A stretch of 64,000 bases of DNA from an uncultured delta proteobacterium (GTDB lineage Bacteria > Desulfobacterota > RBG-13-43-22). The notes beneath the pieces are model-generated. The model ran no database searches, had not been told where the DNA came from, and saw nothing but the letters and a program-made list of their open reading frames with translations. Location: contig CAVUPH010000024.1 of assembly GCA_963743305.1 (NCBI GenBank), positions 56,603 to 120,602 on the forward strand, written 5' to 3'. Of the stretch, positions 21,901 through 33,390 are shown piece by piece (the first letter of the stretch is position 1; each line of letters opens with the position of its first letter). The position numbers and the translations under genes were made by a program.

Positions 21901-24900
21901 AGGCAATCAGGCTTTTGTCGGTGGAATTTTTGACGGCCAGAACATTTGGATGATCCCCTACGATGCCGACCGGGTCGTAAAGATAGACAAGGATACCGGC
22001 GTCATGACCGGCTATGCCTCTTGGCCGGCCGGGACCTCCAGCCTCGGTAACCGCGCTTTTGACAGCGGGGTCTTTGACGGCCAGAACATTTGGATGTTGC
22101 CCTATAATTCGGACAGCGTGGTAAAGATAGACAAAGACACCGGGGTCATGACCGGCTATAACTCCTGGCCTGCGGGGTTTATCAAAGGGGATCTGGCCTT
22201 TGCCGGGGGCGCCTTTGACGGCCAGAATATCTGGATGACTCCTCAGTTTGCCGACCGGGTGGTAAAGATAGACAAAGACACCGGCGCCATGACCGGCTAT
22301 AACGGCTGGCCGGTAGGGACCGCCAGCATTGGCAGCCTCGCCTTTACCGGGGGCGCCTTTGACGGCCAGAACATCTGGCTGATCCCCTGCCAGTCCGATC
22401 GTGCGGTCAAACTGGCCACGGCTGCAGCCGTGTACAACCTGACGGTAAACAAATCCGGCAGCGGGACGGTGACGAGCAATGCTCCACATATAGAGATAAA
22501 CTGCGGATCTTCGTGTTCCGCGTCTTATGATGCCGGTACATCAGTCATCTTAACAGCGGCAGCGTCAACCGGTTCTACCTTCACCGGTTGGTCCGGTGAG
22601 GGATGCAGTGGCACTGGCACCTGCACAGTGACCATGGACGCGGACAAGTCCGTTACGGCGACCTTTGCACTCAACACATATACCGTAACATTCAACGCGG
22701 GCAGCCATGGAAGTCTAAGCGGCACGACAATCCAGACGGGTATCCCTTACGGGGGCAGCGCAACGGCGGTCACGGCAGTGCCTGACATCGGGTATAGCTT
22801 CGTCAACTGGACCGGAACCGGAGGGTTTGTTACCACTGCCACGAACCCGCTTACAGTCACCAACGTGACGGCTAACCATACCATCTCCGCCACCTTCGCT
22901 TCCTGTTCTTACACCATCAGTCCAATCTCTAACAACTTTCCCGCAAGCGGGGGAACCGGGTCTGTCCAAATTTTTACCGATCCTGGTTGTTCATGGACGG
23001 CGGCTAACAATGATCCGAGTTGGATCACCGTTACCTCTGGGACTGGAGCGGGAAACGGATCCGTCAGCTACTCGGTTGCCTCCAATTCTTATGACAATGC
23101 CTACTATAGATCCGGGAGTATCGCCGTTGGCGGAAAAACCCACAATATTGACCAACCCCCCCTACTTCCTGGAAGTCCGACGCTCGCTTCTCCCCAAAAT
23201 GGTGCAACTGGAGTGTCCCTTTCACCCACAACGCTATCTTGGAATACAACCGAACGGGCGCTGACTTATGAACTGCATCTAGCCACTGATTCAGGCTTCA
23301 CTGAAAACGTTAGAAACGTCTTCCTTGACGGCAACACCAGCACTCAGGTGGAGTTCAACGATCTATCCGATAATACCCATTACTACTGGAGAGCTCGGGC
23401 CGGGAACTCTGCAGGCGCTGGACCCTGGTCGCAAGTCAGGAATTTTTCCACAGCGGCCAGCGCTTACAGCTTGACTATCACTACCCCGAGTCATGGGATA
23501 ATTAAAAGCCTGCCGGCAGGCATCGACTGTACTTCGACGGGCGCCGGCTGTATCGGAAATTTCAACCAGGGAACCATTGTTACTCTTTCGGCTATCCCTG
23601 ATCCAGGTTACTCCTTTTCCGGCTGGTCCGGCGGATGCAGCGGTCAGGCCTTGACCTGCCTGGTGACCATCGACCAGGCCAGAACGGTGACGGCCTTGTT
23701 CACCCAAGGAACCCCGGAAGTAAGCACCTGGGCCAAGGGGTTTGATCTTCAGGGACCGTCTTCGGCAATTCAAACCCAGGATGGGGGATATTTGTTAAGC
23801 GGGCACAATGCCGGAATGGTACTAATCAAATTAAATGGCACGAATATCCAAACGATAGACTGGCAACGACGATTCGGAAATTCGTACGACTCCCTCCAAT
23901 CAATTCGACAGACTTCGGATGGTGGCTTTGTAATCGGGGGGACGAGCCCTTATAATTATCAATCCCTGGGGGTTTATCATAGTTTCGTCCTCAAAATAAG
24001 CAACTCAGGGGCCCTGGAGTGGCAGAAAGTTTACGGGACCGGCAATATCACCCTTCTTAAGAGTATTCAAATTACAGCCGACGGCGGATATATAGTTACC
24101 GGGACCAATCGGGGGGGAACTAACGTCAATCACCCCGAAGATATCTTGATTTTGAAACTAGATGCTCATGGCGAGGTGGAGTGGTCAAAATCCCTCAGTT
24201 CGGACCTCGACGAAAGAGCGTATACCGTAATTCAAACCTCAGATCGCGGATATCTGGTTGGCGGATCAAAAAACAACACCGCAGACACCAACCTATTCTA
24301 TCTGGTTAAACTGCTTGAAAACGGAATGGTTGATTGGCAAAAATCATATGAGGTCAACGCCTCAGACGTCGGCGGTAATATCCGAACACTCAAGCAGACT
24401 TCAGACGGTAACTATATCATCGCCGGGGAAAGGATTAGTTATGGAAGCGGACCGGATGCCTGGATACTGAAACTAAACCCGAGCGGCGATATAATTTGGC
24501 AAAAGAATTATCAGTTAAATAAGGATGATTACGTCGGGTCAATTGTCCAGACAACCGATGGCGGCTATCTCCTGGGCGGCTCTACTAAGCCGGAAGCTGC
24601 ATCGAGTGACTTATTCGTTCTTCGTTTGAACTCGGACGGAGATCTCCTCTGGAATAAAAAAATAGACAATCTCAATAATAACAATAGTAATCTTGACACC
24701 TTACAGGAAACCAACGACATGGGGATTCTCGTTGGAGGTATTTTTAATTTCGACCCTTCAAATCCTTTTGGGGTTCTAAAATTGGACTCTAATGGAAATA
24801 CTTGCCGGTTGTGCATCCGAAATGATTTCCGAAGTAGACGTTACCGTTACTGATACACATATAGCTCCGGTTGCAGAAAATCTTGTTTCGCAAGCTCTAT

Positions 24901-27518
24901 CCACTTCTTCTGTTGAGGTCACATTAGCCGCCTTTACCCCATCCTTGGCTGCCACAGCTATCTGCTCCGGTGGGTTTTTCGAAACCATCTCCACCCCGGC
25001 CACCCCAACCGGCGAAACAATGGCCATCACCGGGATCAGCTACACGTATAGTTCCAACGGCTCCGCTTCCTCCGCCGGACATGTCCTCCAGTACAATTTC
25101 GATTTTGGCGATGGGACCTCCAGCGGGTGGCAGGACGCCCCCTCATTCCAAAAAACCTGGACCAATTCGGGGACCTACCAGCTAACGGTCCAGGCCCGCT
25201 GCCAACTCCATTCCGTCATTCTTTCCTCTGTTTCAGCCCCCCTGGCGGTGACGGTTTCCCTCACCACCTACACCTTGATCTATACGGCGGGGACCGGCGG
25301 CTCGATCACGGGCACCAGTCCCCAGACAGTCGGTTCTGGCGCCAGCGGCTCGGCGGTATTGGCAAGTCCCAACACAGGCTACCATTTCGTTAACTGGAGC
25401 GATGGGGTCCTAACGGCCTCCCGAACTGACACAAATGTAACCGCCAATGTATCGCGGACGGCCTATTTTGCCATCAATACCTACACGATTTCCGGACGCA
25501 TCACTCTCAACGGTTCCGTGCTTCCAGGGGTAACGCTCCAAGGACTCCCCGGAAACCCAGTCACAGACGCCGGAGGCAACTATTCGGCCGCCGTCTCTCA
25601 CGGTTGGACGGGGACGATTAGTCCAACCCTCGCCGGGTATGTTTTCAGCCCTCCTTCGACCCTGTATGCCGGCATTTCCGCGGACCGAGGCCAGGATTAT
25701 ATGGCCTTTATCGTACCACCCATTCCATCCTTAATCTCCCCGGCCAATGGGGCAAGCGGCGTTACCGCTGTCCCTGCTACGCTAAGTTGGGCGCCATCCT
25801 CAGGAGCGGACTCCTATCACCTTCAGGTAGCCACCGGTTCGGATTTCAGCGTTTCTACCTTGGTCGTAAATGCCGGACTCAGTCAAACGAGTCTCCAGCC
25901 CAACCTCCAACTCGGAACCACCTATTATTGGCGGGTCAATGCGACTAACCCTATTGCGGGGACCAGTGATTGGTCTTCGATCTGGAGTTTCACCACGATA
26001 AAGGCAAACACTTCTACGACCTTGACCTCAAGCAATCTCAACTCAACATACGGAAATCCCGTGCTTTTAACCGGAATCGTGTCACCAAGTTCAGCAACTG
26101 GATTCGTAACATTCAGAGAAGGTGCGGCAACGTTAAAAACAGTTGGCCTGAGCAACGGCCAAGCCGTCTTCAACCTCTCCTCTTTAACGGCGGGTACCCA
26201 CTTGATTACCGCCGAATATAGTGGAGACAGCACTTACCAAGGCAGTTCTTCTCCTTCTATAGGTCAAACGGTAAACAAAGCCACTCCGGTTCTCACTTGG
26301 GCCAACCCGGCGGATATCTCTTATGGGACGGCGCTCGGTTCCGCTCAACTCAATGCCTCGGCCTCGGTACCAGGGATATTTTCCTATAGTCCAACAACCG
26401 GGACCCTGCTGACCGTCGCTAACGGGCAGACCCTGTTGGTTAATTTCCTTCCGACGGATACCGCCAATTACACTAATGCCTCCGCCCATGTCGCCATTAA
26501 CATCTTGAGGGCCACGGTCACCGTTATTCTGTCCAATCTCACCCAGACCTATGACGGCACACCCAAGGCCGTCACGGCCACGACCAATCCGCCGGGACTA
26601 AGCGGACTTTCCATTACCTATAACGGATCGCCGCTGCCGCCCACCAACGCCGGGACCTATGCCGTGACGGCTTCTCTGGCTGATGCCCACTACCAGGCCA
26701 ATCCCGCCAGCGGCCTGCTGTTGATCAACAAGGGCGACCAGACCATCCGTTTTGATCCTTTAACGGATAAAATCGATGGCGGCCCGCCTTTTTCGGTTAC
26801 CGCCACCACCACAGCCGGCCTGCCCGTGAGCTTCAGCATTGTTTCCGGTCCGGCCTCGATAACCGGCAATCGGGTAACGCTTTCCGGGGAAGGAAGGGTG
26901 ACGGTCCGCGCTTCCCAATCGGGGGACGCCAACTGGAATGCCGCCCTGCCGGTGGATCGGTCTTTTACCGTCAATCCCGCCACGGTGACGATCAGCGCCT
27001 CCGCCGGGCCGAACGGGTCTATTGATCCCTCGGGGCCGGTAGCGGTAGGATTTGGAAACGATCAGTCCTTCAGCCTGACCCCAGCCGCCGGATATCATGT
27101 TTCTGAGGTGCGAATTGACGGGGTTTCCTCCGGGCCGGTAACGACTTATACCTTCCAGGCGGTAACCGCTCCTCATAGCATAGAAGCCTTCTTTTCAAAC
27201 GAATTCAACATAACCGTAAGTAAAGAGGGAGACGGCCAATGCTTGATTAGCAGTGACCCCGAAGGATTGATTTGTGGTGAGGTGTGCAGTAAAGATTTTG
27301 CTCCCGGTAGCCGGGTGATAATTAATTTCATTCCGGAGTCGGGATCGATTCTTGCGGATGTCACCGTGGACGGCTATTCCTACGGGCCGGTACCAAGTAT
27401 TACCTTCGGCAGTATTATGGATAGCCACCAGGTCGTGGCGGTGGTGCATTCACTGACTCCAATAGTGAACTTGAATCAAAAAGTCTTTCTTCCAATAATT
27501 GTACGGCCTGGAAATTAA
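15989..27518 (+). CDS. Giant mosaic secreted/surface protein (~3,840 aa once one indel near 24800 is corrected)
   Basis: Signal peptide, RCC1 repeats (LWAWG.N..GQLG), Ig-like domain, beta-helix repeats, 7-blade repeat, InlB-B/BACON/FN3/PKD/Ig-like modules. ORFs 15974..24853 and 24792..27518 overlap and join at LDSNGN/AGCASE. Confidence 0.8.
18210..20190 (+). repeat. Intragenic tandem repeat, period 813 bp (271 aa), ~2.4 copies
   Basis: GGTMSGPGTTNIAAG recurs at ~18212, 19025 and 19838; antisense ORFs at 18730 and 19543 are near-identical. Confidence 0.9.
21433..22415 (+). repeat. Intragenic 47/48-aa repeat x7 (probable beta-propeller)
   Basis: MTGYxxWPAG...FxGGxFDGQNIWMxPxxADRVVKIDKDTG repeated seven times. 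Confidence 0.9.
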
Positions 27519-27570
27519 CTTTATGGTCAAGCGGAAAGCAGTCAATGTGATATCTTGGAGGACCTGACCA

Positions 27571-29067
27571 ATGCGGAAATTTTTCCTGTGGCTTTTGACA
27601 TCCTGCTTTCTAATTTTCACCGTTTCTACGGCCCAGTCAACTCCGCAAAATTTTCTGGATAAGGGTGTCCGGGAATATCAAAACGAGAACTACGAAGAGG
27701 CCTTGGAATCTTTTAAACAAGCTGAGCATCTTTCAGCCGATTCGACTCTGCTTTCTTATTATCTGGGGATTACCTATAAACAAACGGGAAACTATCAGGA
27801 AGCGACCAGGTACCTCCGAAAAGCCCTGGAGCTGTCGCCTCCCGCCACTCAAGCCTATCCCGAACTGGTGGAAGTCCTTTTTAACCTTAACGACCTGACC
27901 CAGGCCAAAGAGTGGATCGTTCGGGCGGAAAAGGCGGGAGCCTACCCGGGCCTCATGGCCTTTCAAAAGGGGTTGATCCTTCAGAAGGAAGGAAAAGATA
28001 GCGCGGCCATTGAAGCCTTCACCCGGGCCAAAGAATTGGACCACGCACTCAGGCAAAACGCCGACTTCCAGATCGCCCTCTCTCTTTCCAAAGAAAGAAA
28101 ATTTTCGCAAGCCCGGGAAATATTGAAGGCCGTCATTCTCATCGACCCGACGACCGAGACCTCTTCCTACGCCCGGGAGTATGAGCAATCTCTGGCTAAG
28201 AGTCTGGCCAAATATAAAACTTGGGGAGGATCATTCGGCCTGGGCTACCAGTATGATACCAACGTAATTCTGAAGCCGGACAGCGGGATCCCGGGATCCA
28301 CCATCACCGGGGAAGAGGACAGCAGCATCCTGGCAACGTTCAGGGCTTATTACAACCCCCTGCTGGAGGGCCCCTGGCTCTTTAACGCCCAATACGGCCT
28401 TTACACCAACAACTACTTTAAGACCAAGACCCACAGTTTGATCAATCAATCCCTCTCCGTCAATCCCGGCTATACGCTCCCCTGGGGAGCCGTTACGCTG
28501 CCTCTTTCCTATAGCTATGCCTGGCTGGAAGGGGTCCCCTATACCGGGGTTCTATTGGCCAAGCCTACCTTGAATATTATCACCACCCGGGGTCAGATCG
28601 CGCAGCTTTCCGCCGGGTACGCCAAGAGAGACGTTTTCCCCGCCCCCCTGATCCCGGACGAGGACCGGGACGGCAATCTTTTTCTGGGGTCGCTGGCCTA
28701 TATCGTTCCCTTCGGGGATCGGGGGATCATCAACCTCTTCTATGAATATTCACGGGACGCGACTACCGGCCAAAACTGGGATAACAGCGGCAACCGCTTC
28801 AGCCTCAACCTGCTCATTCCCCTGGCAAAAAGATTCAGTCTGAACCTGTCCGCTGAATATTTTCAGCAGGATTATACCAACACCCATACCATTTTCGGAG
28901 TCAAACGGCTGGACAAGATGTATTCAGGTATCGCCGGTCTAATCTGGGAACTCCGGAAGGACCTCAAGTTGTATCTCCAATATTACGGGGCCAAAGTGGA
29001 ATCCAACATCCCGATTTATTCGTATAAGCGGAATGTCTTTACTCTAGGAACGGAATATTTGTTTTAA
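27571..29067 (+). CDS. TPR + outer-membrane beta-barrel protein (Slam/DUF560-like)
   Basis: Signal peptide, N-terminal TPRs, GYQYDTNV barrel start, SNIPIYSYKRN and terminal EYLF. Confidence 0.75.
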   Translation: MRKFFLWLLTSCFLIFTVSTAQSTPQNFLDKGVREYQNENYEEALESFKQAEHLSADSTLLSYYLGITYKQTGNYQEATRYLRKALELSPPATQAYPELVEVLFNLNDLTQAKEWIVRAEKAGAYPGLMAFQKGLILQKEGKDSAAIEAFTRAKELDHALRQNADFQIALSLSKERKFSQAREILKAVILIDPTTETSSYAREYEQSLAKSLAKYKTWGGSFGLGYQYDTNVILKPDSGIPGSTITGEEDSSILATFRAYYNPLLEGPWLFNAQYGLYTNNYFKTKTHSLINQSLSVNPGYTLPWGAVTLPLSYSYAWLEGVPYTGVLLAKPTLNIITTRGQIAQLSAGYAKRDVFPAPLIPDEDRDGNLFLGSLAYIVPFGDRGIINLFYEYSRDATTGQNWDNSGNRFSLNLLIPLAKRFSLNLSAEYFQQDYTNTHTIFGVKRLDKMYSGIAGLIWELRKDLKLYLQYYGAKVESNIPIYSYKRNVFTLGTEYLF

Positions 29068-29084
29068 CTGATTGGAGGACGGTC

Positions 29085-30531
29085 ATGAACGCCAGGTTTA
29101 AACAGGAGATAATCCCCCGGACCCCCCCTAAGGCAACCTTAAAGGCCTTGCTTTCTATCTTTATTATCGGCCTTATTTCCTGCCTCTGCTTGTCATTGTT
29201 CGTTCCCTTACCCGTCGCGGAGGGATCGGAGAGCATTGGAAAATTCACCCGAGTGACAGGTCGCGTCGATGTCCTCAGGGCCGGCGCCCTGCCGGCCAGA
29301 TCGGTGAAAGTGGATGATCCGGTTTACCGGAAAGACGTCGTGCGTACCAAGAGCAACTCACTGGCCGAGGTCCTCTTCGCCAATAATAATCTCATCAAAA
29401 TTGCTCAACGAAGCCGCATCGATATCGGCGAATATTTCTTTGACCATTCCACGCAGAAAGGGTCGATCGGCCTAACGCGCGGCATGGTTAGAGCCGTAGT
29501 GGACAAGGAGAACAGCAAAAAAATTAATCTAGCCCCGGGGGCCAACTCCTTCGAAATCCACACTCAAAATGCCGTAGCCGGGGTTCGGGGGTCCGACTTT
29601 ACCGTTTTCGAACAGAACGGGCAAACCGGGATCTTGGTTTATGAAGGTCTTATCCGGGCTTTCAACCCCTTTTTCAGGGCGGTAATAGAAGATATTGCAC
29701 CGAACCAGTTTACCATGATCCAACGGAACCGGCCTGTTCAACCACCTCAAATCGCCTCGGATTTCATGAAAAGTCGAATAGAGAAAAATTTCAACGTCCC
29801 GGGAAAAGAAATCAGAAGAAGCGCCGGGCTCAGGGGACGGTATTCCAGCGAAATCCAGCAGTCAGGCCCCGGTACTCCTAAGCGCGGAAGACGCTGCCAT
29901 TTCCGATCAGGATGCGTCCACGAGGCTCTTCAGTCTCAATGAATTCAGCGGAAGCGGGATCGTGGTCTCCCCCAAACCGATTTCGGAATCGTTTGGAGAT
30001 CTGGTCAAAAAGAAAGAACCGCCGTCTCCTCCTCCACCACCACCGCCTCCTCCTGCTCCATCGCCACCGCCGACGCCGCCTCCCCCCCCGCCGCCCCCTC
30101 CCCCGCCGCCGCCGGTGGAAGTGGGCCAAACCAATCTTTCCGGAATCCTGGTGGTCGGACCCAAAGGAGCGGTGGATTCTATTTCCTTAACCATGAAAAA
30201 TATGATCTTCCTGGCTCCCTCTACCGGTCAGGCGCCCACGATATGGAACACGAACGCTATTTCCGGAAACTATACTTTTGGACCCTTTCTCAACAACACC
30301 ACCATTACCAATCCCAGTAATGCGATCAATTTGACGAATGGGCAGGGTTTGTCGGCGGACATGCAATTTGTCGTCTGGAACTCTGCCGCCCAACGCTGGG
30401 AGGCGCAGGTAAACGGCCAGGGCACTTTAAAGGGAGGGGCTTATACCGGTCCGGTCACATTCTCCGGTTCAGCCGGAGGAAGCGCGGGCGGCGGGGCCTT
30501 AAACGGTTCGGGATCGGGGACTGCCCGATAA
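29085..30531 (+). CDS. FecR-domain protein with poly-Pro linker and C-terminal beta-rich domain (indel near 29800)
   Basis: DVVRT..S.AEV.F and FEIHTQNAVAGVRGSDF motifs. The shifted frame is open from ~29800 into ORF 29962..30531. Confidence 0.8.
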
Positions 30532-30646
30532 GCAGGGAAAGATAGCTTTTAAGACGGATATAGTTTCCGCGCAAAGCGGCGCTCAGATTCAGTAGTCCTT
30601 ACCATTTTTGTTATTCTGTCTGAATAATAGGTTGGGAGCTGCTGGG

Positions 30647-30680
30647 GGGATTGCTTCGTCACTTCTCTCCTCGCCATGAC
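30647..30680. repeat. Half copy of the 12338 REP-like element
   Basis: gggattgcttcgtcacttctctcctcgccatgac between convergent genes. Confidence 0.65.
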
Positions 30681-30705
30681 CGACCGACGGACCTTTGCGA
30701 ACACC

Positions 30706-32751
30706 TCACTTTTCATCCAGGGCAACCGCCTCGCCTTCGCGGCATTCGATCACCTCGCAGGCCGAATCCGGGTCCAGGGTAGAAAGATCGTAAACCTCGA
30801 CCGGAAACTTCTTCCCTTTGACCACAACCTTCTGGATTCCCCGACTGGCCAGATGGCCCAGTCGTCCCTTTTTGATATCGGGCAGGATTTTCTCCAGGGT
30901 GTGTTCCGTAATCAGGATATGGACATTATATTTCCGAGTCAAGGACTCCACCCGGGATCCCAGATTTACATGGTCTCCAATGACGGTATAATCCATTTTC
31001 TTGCCGGCGGCCCCGATATTGCCGACCAGGACCTCCCCGGTATTAAGACCGATTCCGGCATCCAGAACCGGCTTCCCCTCGGCCTGCCACTTATCCTGTA
31101 GTTCCTTCAATCGCTTGATCATGTGCAAGGCGCAGCGCACAGCCAGTTCGGCATGATCTTGCTGTTTCAAGGGAGCGCCCCAGAAGGCCAGGATGGCATC
31201 TCCGATAAATTTGTCCAGCGTTCCTTCCCAGCGAAAAATGACCTCGGTCATGGCCTCCAGGTATTCATTCAAGAGGGCTACCACTTCTTCCGGGGCATGT
31301 TTTTCCGAAAAAGAGGTGAACCCCCGCACATCGGAAAAAAGTATGGTCACCTCCCGCCGCTCACCGCCCAATCGAGCCAGGTCGGGGTTTTTGATGAGTT
31401 CATTGACCACCCGCTCCGTGACATAAGAGGAAAACAGGAATCGAATCCTCCGGGCGTATCGTTCTTCATCCGCGTAATTGTAGGCCGTTACTCCGATGAA
31501 AATAGCCAGTACATTCAAAGAAGGATAGGCGACATTTACCCAGAGCCCTTCACGGATTAAAAGCAAATACCCGGAAACCAGGATAATCAGGAGAAAGGCG
31601 AGGGTTAATAAAGAACCCCCGACCGCCTTCGTCCGCAGAATGACCAGAATAAACAACAGGCCGGTGACCGCCAGGACAATCAGATTAATGGCTGGGGGCG
31701 CTTTCTGCAGGGACCGGTTCTCCAGGATCGAGGCCATCACATTGGCGTGTTTTTCTATGCCCGACATGGCTGGGGAAAAAGGCGTCACCCGAAGATCATA
31801 AATACCCATGGCTGTGGGGCCCACCAGGACAATCTTCCCCGCCAGCAGTTGCGGTTTAATCTTGCCCTCCAATATATCGCTGGCCGAGTACTGGGGGAAA
31901 GTTTTTTCCGGCCCATAATAATAGATCAGGGCCCGTCCGTAAGGATCGGTCGGAATGGTCCTTTTACCACCCAAGCGAACGGACTCGGTGGCCCTCAGGG
32001 CTTTCTTTTCCGTCGGGATCCCCAGATAAAAGGAGGTGGCCTGCACATCGATGGACGGGTACAAACGGCCTTGATATCCGATCGCCAAGGCCTCCCAACG
32101 CACGGTGCCGTCCCGATCGGGAAACATGTTGATGTGCCCCAGGCCCATGGCCTCCCGTAATAGAATCGGGAGCGGAGAGAGGATGTTTTTGGCCATAATC
32201 GGCTGAAAACGGCTAAAGGCTGCCCGGTTTTCAACCCGCTGAAAGGCGGCTGGGAGGATCAAATCGTCGGGCGGATTCTTGGATTCACGGTCGAATTCAA
32301 ATACCAGAGGAAGCAGGACATTCCCCTGCTCTCCTATGACCCGAGCCAGAAAGGGGTCATTTTTTTCGGCTTCGCTCAGGATAATATCCAGAACAATCAA
32401 TTCCGCCCCGGCCTGACCCAATCGTTGGATCAACCGGGCCAAAACATCCCGGCTCCAGGGCCAGCGCCCGAGCTTTTCAAGGCTGCGGTCATCGATGGCG
32501 GCAATGAGGAGTTGGTCCGGGGTCTTTTGGACGCCCCTGATTTTTAAGCGGTAGTCATAAAGCTTGTCCTCCAGGGTTTCCAGCGGAGACCACTCCAGGA
32601 ACAAGAGGCATCCGAAGATCAGGGTCAGCGAAGAGGCGATGATCAGGTTGATAGGTTTCTGACGGGCAGTTTTACGAGAAAACAGATGCTCGACGGCCGA
32701 GAGGTAAACTCTGGCCAGAAAGTTTTTTTTGACTTGAAGAGGACTTTCCAT
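30706..32751 (-). CDS. CHASE2-domain class III adenylate/guanylate cyclase
   Basis: IDDRSLEKLGRWPWSR (CHASE2), 3 TM helices, FSDVRGFT, DKFIGDA, DYTVIGDHVNLGSR, VKGK. The K/D residues fit ATP specificity. Confidence 0.93.
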   Translation of the reverse strand: MESPLQVKKNFLARVYLSAVEHLFSRKTARQKPINLIIASSLTLIFGCLLFLEWSPLETLEDKLYDYRLKIRGVQKTPDQLLIAAIDDRSLEKLGRWPWSRDVLARLIQRLGQAGAELIVLDIILSEAEKNDPFLARVIGEQGNVLLPLVFEFDRESKNPPDDLILPAAFQRVENRAAFSRFQPIMAKNILSPLPILLREAMGLGHINMFPDRDGTVRWEALAIGYQGRLYPSIDVQATSFYLGIPTEKKALRATESVRLGGKRTIPTDPYGRALIYYYGPEKTFPQYSASDILEGKIKPQLLAGKIVLVGPTAMGIYDLRVTPFSPAMSGIEKHANVMASILENRSLQKAPPAINLIVLAVTGLLFILVILRTKAVGGSLLTLAFLLIILVSGYLLLIREGLWVNVAYPSLNVLAIFIGVTAYNYADEERYARRIRFLFSSYVTERVVNELIKNPDLARLGGERREVTILFSDVRGFTSFSEKHAPEEVVALLNEYLEAMTEVIFRWEGTLDKFIGDAILAFWGAPLKQQDHAELAVRCALHMIKRLKELQDKWQAEGKPVLDAGIGLNTGEVLVGNIGAAGKKMDYTVIGDHVNLGSRVESLTRKYNVHILITEHTLEKILPDIKKGRLGHLASRGIQKVVVKGKKFPVEVYDLSTLDPDSACEVIECREGEAVALDEK

Positions 32752-33181
32752 TCAGGCCGGTTCGGAAAAGGAGACGACGCGTTTTTTAAAATCCGTGCAG
32801 TCGAAGGTTATTATTGTGGCTTGGTTAACGCGACTGAGCGCGGCTAGAAAAAGATCCTGGATATCGATCCGGCTTTCCGGGTAGCGATTCAAGGCTTCGA
32901 AAAACACTTCTTTCGGGAACAGGGTTTTAATCCCTTTCAAGCGGACAACCTTGGAAAAGTCGGAGCGCTTCTTTCCGCGCCTTTTTCAGTGGAATTTTAT
33001 TTCGTCGGTAGTAGGAGTGAAAACTTCCCGCCAACACGTCGCTGTCACGCTCCGTTTTTTTCAGGATTCCCAAGCCTTCCTCTAAATGGATCGACAGCAG
33101 ATTTTGAATCGCCAGTTGGTTCCGGAGTTTCTTGGGAAGGGTAACCTGCCCTTTGGGTGTTACTTTTAGTATATATTCCAT
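32752..33181 (-). pseudogene. AbrB/MazE antitoxin plus C-terminal half of a PIN (VapC) toxin, internally deleted TA pair
   Basis: KVTPKGQVTLPKKLR antitoxin. The toxin fragment retains IQD...IITFD..DF but lacks the N-terminal PIN Asp motif. Confidence 0.7.
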
Positions 33182-33390
33182 AAATTAATCTTTATTGAAA
33201 GTTGTACTTATTAAAATAGGACACCTTTTTTCATACTTTGTCAAAAAACTTATTTCTTGTTTGGATCAGGTCGCTGAGGATGACGATCCCCGATCCGCCA
33301 CCGCGGTGGTCGAACAGGACGAGACGGATTTGGTCGCGGTGGCGGAACAGGTGGCCGGCCCGCGAGAGCCAGCGATGATGTGATTTTTGT

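Noticed and set aside
18210-22415. Repeats in the giant gene as diversity-generating retroelement TR/VR pairs
   Set aside because: Both copies are in-frame coding, differences are not adenine-specific, and no reverse transcriptase is present.
30020-30115. C-rich/G-rich tract as G-quadruplex or antisense poly-Gly ORF
   Set aside because: Fully explained as the poly-Pro linker of the FecR protein.
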